DNA from: Prevotellaceae bacterium
GTDB lineage: Bacteria > Bacteroidota > Bacteroidia > Bacteroidales > Bacteroidaceae
Direction: 5' to 3'
Assembly: GCA_031262265.1 (NCBI GenBank)
Contig: JAISIB010000126.1
Span: 1-39,379 of the forward strand
Length of the DNA: 39,379 nucleotides
Positions within the stretch are counted from its first letter, which is position 1, and each line of letters starts with the position of its first letter. The translations under genes were made by a program, and so were the position numbers. The notes below the pieces were generated by a model. The model was not told where the DNA came from, did not search any database, and saw nothing but the letters and a program-made list of their open reading frames with translations. Shown in pieces: positions 35,081 through 39,379 of the stretch.

Positions 35081-35088
35081 CAAACATA
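35081..35088 (-). promoter_or_regulatory. Candidate -7 promoter box (TATGTTTG on the minus strand) for gcvP
   Basis: The plus strand reads CAAACATA, 42 nt upstream of the gcvP ATG. Confidence 0.4.
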
Positions 35089-35233
35089 GGGAATTTTATC
35101 GGCTTTACAAATCGAATGAGCACTTTGTGTATGAAACGGGTGCTTTATCCCTTGCTATTTTCTTACGGAGATATGAATTTTTCATACGAGCTTATCGAAA
35201 TATCAAGGTAAGATATTTGAATATGCTCGTATC

Positions 35234-36262
35234 TTAATTTAGCATCAAACTGAGGAACGGTGTGCGAGGTGAGAGGATAGCATCCGTTAACTGTCCGATC
35301 GTGAGCGATGTGTATGAGGTATTGGGTTGAGGCTCGGTGCTTTTCCGACAAGACCCCTCTTTGATATCATAATAGGCGGTATTTTCCGGCAGTTGCTCGT
35401 CCGTTAGGTAGATATGTTTATCGGCTGTCGGATGCACGGCTGCATATTGTTCGAGGATGCTTTGCAGATGTACGAAGCGCGCCATGCCTGAGAGCATTAC
35501 ATCCTCTTCGTTTTTGACCGGCGCGAATAGCCGTGCATATTTTTTATTGTGGTACTCCATACATCTGGCTATGATTTCGTACGCAACTTGGGGGTCGTCG
35601 GTAAAGATATCCTTTATTATCACTCGTTGCTCGGTGGGTATGACAAATGCCACCCCTACTAAATGAGAATGGAGGTAAGCGGAAACGATATTCCCGCCTG
35701 CCAGATGCAAATCCCTCGTAACAACGCGATAATCCATGCGAGAATGTTGAATGCAGGAAGCACGTTGGGACATGTGCGTCGTACAATAATGCCATATCAT
35801 ATCTTGCATACCTCGCGGACATACGACCCTTATCGCTTCTTGCAGGCGTGGAATTTCATCCAGTCGGTAGTCGTGTACACTACTCCAAAAGGCCGGTACA
35901 AATCCGAACCGGCGGTAATATTCTATCAACGGGAGTGTGGCCGGAATCAAAAAGGTTAGCGGTATTTTCTCCGTATATTGTTGTGCGAGGGTCGTTTCAA
36001 GTAGTTGCGCCATTAGTCCTTGCTTTCGATAAGCGGGGTGGGTGCAAGCACCGGAAATGTATTCCGTCGAAATACGTGTGTCGAGGAATGTCATTTCATA
36101 GGGTAATACTTGCAGGGCGGCTATTACTCGGTCGTCTTTAATAATGCAGCGGTTGTTGGCAGAGGTATATTTGTCGCGGAAATACAGTTTGATGAACGCT
36201 TCCGTGTCATCGAAGCATAGACGCCACAGTCTTTTTACTTCTTCCTTGATACTTCTTCTCAT
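35234..36262 (-). CDS. GNAT-family acyltransferase, Eis-like multi-domain (342 aa)
   Basis: The N-terminal GNAT core carries an acyl-CoA-binding-type motif (THPAYRKQGLMAQLLE) and is followed by further domains. The family call is from memory. Confidence 0.65.
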   Translation of the reverse strand: MRRSIKEEVKRLWRLCFDDTEAFIKLYFRDKYTSANNRCIIKDDRVIAALQVLPYEMTFLDTRISTEYISGACTHPAYRKQGLMAQLLETTLAQQYTEKIPLTFLIPATLPLIEYYRRFGFVPAFWSSVHDYRLDEIPRLQEAIRVVCPRGMQDMIWHYCTTHMSQRASCIQHSRMDYRVVTRDLHLAGGNIVSAYLHSHLVGVAFVIPTEQRVIIKDIFTDDPQVAYEIIARCMEYHNKKYARLFAPVKNEEDVMLSGMARFVHLQSILEQYAAVHPTADKHIYLTDEQLPENTAYYDIKEGSCRKSTEPQPNTSYTSLTIGQLTDAILSPRTPFLSLMLN

Positions 36263-36278
36263 GGATTCGGAGATAATG

Positions 36279-37175
36279 TCACCCGATCCATTCGGCGACG
36301 GATTTTTCTAATAGCAGGAACGGATGATAAGAGAGCTTTGCCTTGCGCAAACCTTCGATGCCCAAATCTTCTTCGCGATTGAGGTATGTATATGCTTCGG
36401 GAACGTGATTGGCAAATTCATAATTAATCATAGCATAGGCACCGTCGATACGAGTATCGGCCTTCTCCACATGTACGCCGAAGGTGTCGTGACTAATGGG
36501 CATCCCGAATGTAAATGCTACGATTCGCCCGTCGACGAAAAGTGCGCCGCCCGTCAGTCCCAGTTCCTCGAAGTGCGTCAATCCGTTGATGACAGCCTGC
36601 CGTTCGTTGTTCGTACCGTCTTGTCCGTTGCAATTGTTTTGGCGACACCATTCGGCTTCCATTTGCAAGCACTCGGGAATCAGATTCCGGTCGATAGAGC
36701 GGTATTCGTAGGAATAAGTTTTTCTAAACTTGTTGACATGGTTGCGTTTCGGCTGATATTTTTTGCCCGTCAGCGTAGCTAAGTCTGTGCGCAAATAAAG
36801 GTAATCGTTGTAATCTCTGTCGGCGGAGATAGAGAACCGTTGCGGCATTAGATTTTCAAGTAGCTGCTTCTGATCAGGACAGATGCCGGATAAGCGGAAC
36901 TTCGCGCTGCGTTCTACATCTAACGCATCTCGTTTCAGTTGAAGTATCATTTCGGAGAGATTGCCCGTACCAAAAGGTAACATGTAGGAAACTTGTCCGT
37001 TTATCCAGAATTTAAAGAGTAAGAAATCGTCCACTTCGGCAAATACCGTGTTGAACATAAAACGCCAACAATAGAGGTTGGAAAACGATACGTCGCAGTT
37101 ACGGCGATTAGAGTTGCGCAGATAAGGGAGAAGAGTATCCTTGTCAGCCAATGTCAAGGGGCGAAAAGTAATCAT
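36279..37175 (-). CDS. DUF2156-domain protein (homologous to the C-terminal aminoacyl-transfer domain of MprF/LPG synthase)
   Basis: 298 aa. N-terminal FRPLTLADKDTLLPYL...CDVSFSNLYCWRF is typical of stand-alone DUF2156 proteins. It ends 16 nt upstream of the GNAT gene. Confidence 0.65.
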   Translation of the reverse strand: MITFRPLTLADKDTLLPYLRNSNRRNCDVSFSNLYCWRFMFNTVFAEVDDFLLFKFWINGQVSYMLPFGTGNLSEMILQLKRDALDVERSAKFRLSGICPDQKQLLENLMPQRFSISADRDYNDYLYLRTDLATLTGKKYQPKRNHVNKFRKTYSYEYRSIDRNLIPECLQMEAEWCRQNNCNGQDGTNNERQAVINGLTHFEELGLTGGALFVDGRIVAFTFGMPISHDTFGVHVEKADTRIDGAYAMINYEFANHVPEAYTYLNREEDLGIEGLRKAKLSYHPFLLLEKSVAEWIG

Positions 37176-37211
37176 AACCGATTAAATTAGAGATTTTACT
37201 TGATTGCTGTG

Positions 37212-37219
37212 CAAAAGTA
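37212..37219 (-). promoter_or_regulatory. Candidate -7 promoter box (TACTTTTG on the minus strand) for the DUF2156-GNAT pair
   Basis: The plus strand reads CAAAAGTA, 37 nt upstream of the ATG at 37175. Confidence 0.4.
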
Positions 37220-37275
37220 GGCTTTTTTGTACTCTTTACAGTTAGATTTGGTTGAAAAAGTGGCATATACGACAA

Positions 37276-37307
37276 ATGCCCCGCTTCTCAGATGAGGGGC
37301 GGGGCAT
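37276..37307 (-). terminator. Terminator hairpin after the acyl-CoA dehydrogenase gene
   Basis: ATGCCCCGC (37276-37284) and GCGGGGCAT (37299-37307). On the minus strand it is followed by TTTGTCGT. Confidence 0.6.
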
Positions 37308-37337
37308 CGTTTGTAAAAAGGAAAAAGATTTTTTGTT

Positions 37338-39047
37338 CTATTTACGGTAGTAAGCTAATTCGTCACGATTGAAATTGCGAATGAATGCCGTGTGTTTAAT
37401 CACCTCTGCTTCGGCATAGCGGAGATATACTTGCGCCGACGTGGCAAAAAGCTCGTTGTTACGCGTAGCGTCTTGCAGCAGCAGATGACTCATCAGAATA
37501 TGAGCAGCGATCTCTACCAAACGACGAGCGCAAAAGTCGAGCATCTCCTGATCCTTGAACTCCGTTACTTTAGTGACGGCTACTTCGTACTCGTTCGCCA
37601 TCTCGTGCAAACGATGTTTCAGCTCTTCCCATTCCGGAGCCACCGGCATAGCCTCGTACTCGCGCATACGTACCAAATAAGCACCTGTCGTTACATAACG
37701 GATAGCGGCTACGACCTGAAGTTGTGTCGTTCCTTCGTAAATGGACGTGATACGGGCGTCACGGTAAATACGTTCGCACGCATAGTCCTTCATAAATCCC
37801 GATCCGCCGTGTATTTGAATGCAATCGTACGCATTTTGGTTAGCGAACTCACTACCTAATCCTTTTACGAGCGGCGTAAAGCTATCGGCCAACTTGGCAA
37901 ATGTTTTTTGTTCGGTACGTTCTTCGGGCGTCAACTTACGTTCTTTGCTGATGTCATCCAGTGCTTTGTAAATGTCTACGAAGCGAGTGGTTTCATAAAG
38001 GAGCGAACGCGACGCATCCAGCTTGGCTTTCATCACGGCAAGCATTTCGCTGACAGCCGGAAACTCAATAATGGTTTTCCCAAACTGGCGACGATCTTTG
38101 GCATAGGCAAGTGCTTCGTTGTAGGCAGCTTGTGAGATGCCTACCGATTGGGCGGCGATTCCTAAACGAGCACCGTTCATCAATGCCATTACGTACTTGA
38201 TCAAACCCAAACGGCGTTCGCCGCAAAGTTCGGCTTTGGCGTTCTTAAATACGAGTTCGCAAGTGGGCGATCCTTTGATGCCCATTTTATTTTCGATGCG
38301 GCGTACGTCCACGCCACCGTTTCTTTTGTCGTATATAAACATGGAAAGCCCGCGTCCGTCACGTGTTCTTTCTTCCGAGCGAGCCAATACTAAATGTATG
38401 TCGGCATCACCGTTAGTGATGAAACGTTTAACGCCGTTCAACAACCAGCATCCGTCGGATTCGTTATATGTTGCTTTGAGCATAACAGATTGTAAATCGG
38501 AGCCGGCATCAGGTTCTGTCAAATCCATAGACATGGTTTCTCCCGCACAAATGCGCGGAATGTAACGTTGCTTCTGCTCTTCATTCGCAAACTCATAGAT
38601 AGTTTCAGCGCAATCTTGCAATCCCCACAGATTCTCAAAGCCTGCGTCGCTTCGACTTACCATGTCGGCAGCCATCATGTAAGGTACATTCGGAAAGTTC
38701 AAGCCGCCCAAACGGCGCGGCATAGAAATTCCCATTAGACCGGCTTGCTTGGTAGCATTCAGGTTCTTTTGCGTTCCCTCGGCATAAGTTACTCGTCCGT
38801 TGCTAACGGTAGGCCCATCATGATCAACGCTCTCTGCGTTGGGCGCGATAATTTCTCCGCAAATCTCACCAACTATTTCCAATACTTTATTGTAACTGTC
38901 CATTGCATCCTCAAAATCAACAGGAGCATAGTTGAATTGATCTTTGTCTGCGTAGTTACGTTCTTTGAGTTCCACAATACGTTGCATCATGGGATGCGTA
39001 AGGTGGTGTTTTAACTCGGGAGTGTCTATATAAAAGTTAGCCATCAT
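37338..39047 (-). CDS. Acyl-CoA dehydrogenase, long (about 570 aa) form, ETF-linked
   Basis: ACAD motifs (MDLTEPDAGSDL, RFITNGD, IYEGTTQLQ). Located directly downstream of etfA. Confidence 0.88.
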   Translation of the reverse strand: MMANFYIDTPELKHHLTHPMMQRIVELKERNYADKDQFNYAPVDFEDAMDSYNKVLEIVGEICGEIIAPNAESVDHDGPTVSNGRVTYAEGTQKNLNATKQAGLMGISMPRRLGGLNFPNVPYMMAADMVSRSDAGFENLWGLQDCAETIYEFANEEQKQRYIPRICAGETMSMDLTEPDAGSDLQSVMLKATYNESDGCWLLNGVKRFITNGDADIHLVLARSEERTRDGRGLSMFIYDKRNGGVDVRRIENKMGIKGSPTCELVFKNAKAELCGERRLGLIKYVMALMNGARLGIAAQSVGISQAAYNEALAYAKDRRQFGKTIIEFPAVSEMLAVMKAKLDASRSLLYETTRFVDIYKALDDISKERKLTPEERTEQKTFAKLADSFTPLVKGLGSEFANQNAYDCIQIHGGSGFMKDYACERIYRDARITSIYEGTTQLQVVAAIRYVTTGAYLVRMREYEAMPVAPEWEELKHRLHEMANEYEVAVTKVTEFKDQEMLDFCARRLVEIAAHILMSHLLLQDATRNNELFATSAQVYLRYAEAEVIKHTAFIRNFNRDELAYYRK

Positions 39048-39063
39048 TATTTCTATTTAGAGT

Positions 39064-39379
39064 TCATTTACTATGTGCCTTGTAGTACTTAATCATCTTT
39101 GGAATGACTTCTTCAATGGAGCCTGTAATGACATAATCAGCCACCGTATTAATAGGAGCATCGGGGTCGCTATTAATAGAAATAATCATCGAACTTTCTT
39201 GCATGCCTGCGATGTGCTGAATTTGCCCGGATATTCCACAAGCGATGTAGAGTTTCGGGCGAACGGTAATTCCTGTTTGTCCGATCTGACGGTCGTGGTC
39301 AATAAAGCCCGCATCTACGGCGGCGCGGCTGGCTCCTACTTCAGCGTGCAACTCTTTGGCTAAATCGAACAATAGACTA
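39064..39379 (-). CDS. etfA: Electron transfer flavoprotein alpha subunit, C-terminal part; the 5' end runs off the window
   Basis: [10 protein letters not shown]...[29 protein letters not shown]...IISINSD..API is the ETF-alpha FAD-binding signature. Confidence 0.85.
   Translation of the reverse strand, partial: SLLFDLAKELHAEVGASRAAVDAGFIDHDRQIGQTGITVRPKLYIACGISGQIQHIAGMQESSMIISINSDPDAPINTVADYVITGSIEEVIPKMIKYYKAHSK

Noticed and set aside
35040-35233. Glycine riboswitch upstream of gcvP.
   Set aside because: Reading the minus strand, I could not find the conserved glycine-aptamer core sequences. The region instead holds a candidate -7 box and the hairpin that follows the GNAT gene.

Overview
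This window looks like a chromosomal segment from a Bacteroidales (Bacteroidota) genome. Supporting evidence is a SusC/SusD pair, lipoprotein lipoboxes, an NVEALA-family small protein, and TAnnTTTG-type -7 promoter boxes. All product calls come from motif and family recognition by eye; no searches were run.

Gene content, left to right:
- A partial O-antigen-ligase-like membrane gene with high GC.
- A low-GC three-gene cassette: a CxxC thioredoxin-fold lipoprotein, an NVEALA small protein and a 6-bladed beta-propeller lipoprotein.
- folP-cdaA.
- A Tat-signal TldD paired with a signal-less PmbA.
- An ECF-sigma/FecR/STN-SusC/SusD polysaccharide utilization locus (PUL) with a GH35-like hydrolase. 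A truncated paralog of that hydrolase follows, its remainder replaced by a low-GC orphan gene.
- A long minus-strand beta-mannan/glucomannan operon: GH3, GH26, GH5, two esterases, GH130 mannosylglucose phosphorylase, symporter and cellobiose 2-epimerase.
- An M64 peptidase, Lrp/AsnC, gcvP-nadD, a DUF2156 plus Eis-like GNAT pair, and an acyl-CoA dehydrogenase with etfA.

No transposase, integrase, CRISPR, tRNA or rRNA was seen.

The two observations I rate highest are:
- The uncharacterised NVEALA cassette at 614-2633.
- A roughly 345-nt non-coding, A-rich region at 29305-29663. It carries eight GCTAA motifs, a candidate promoter and an 18-bp perfect terminator hairpin, and may be a multi-site ncRNA.
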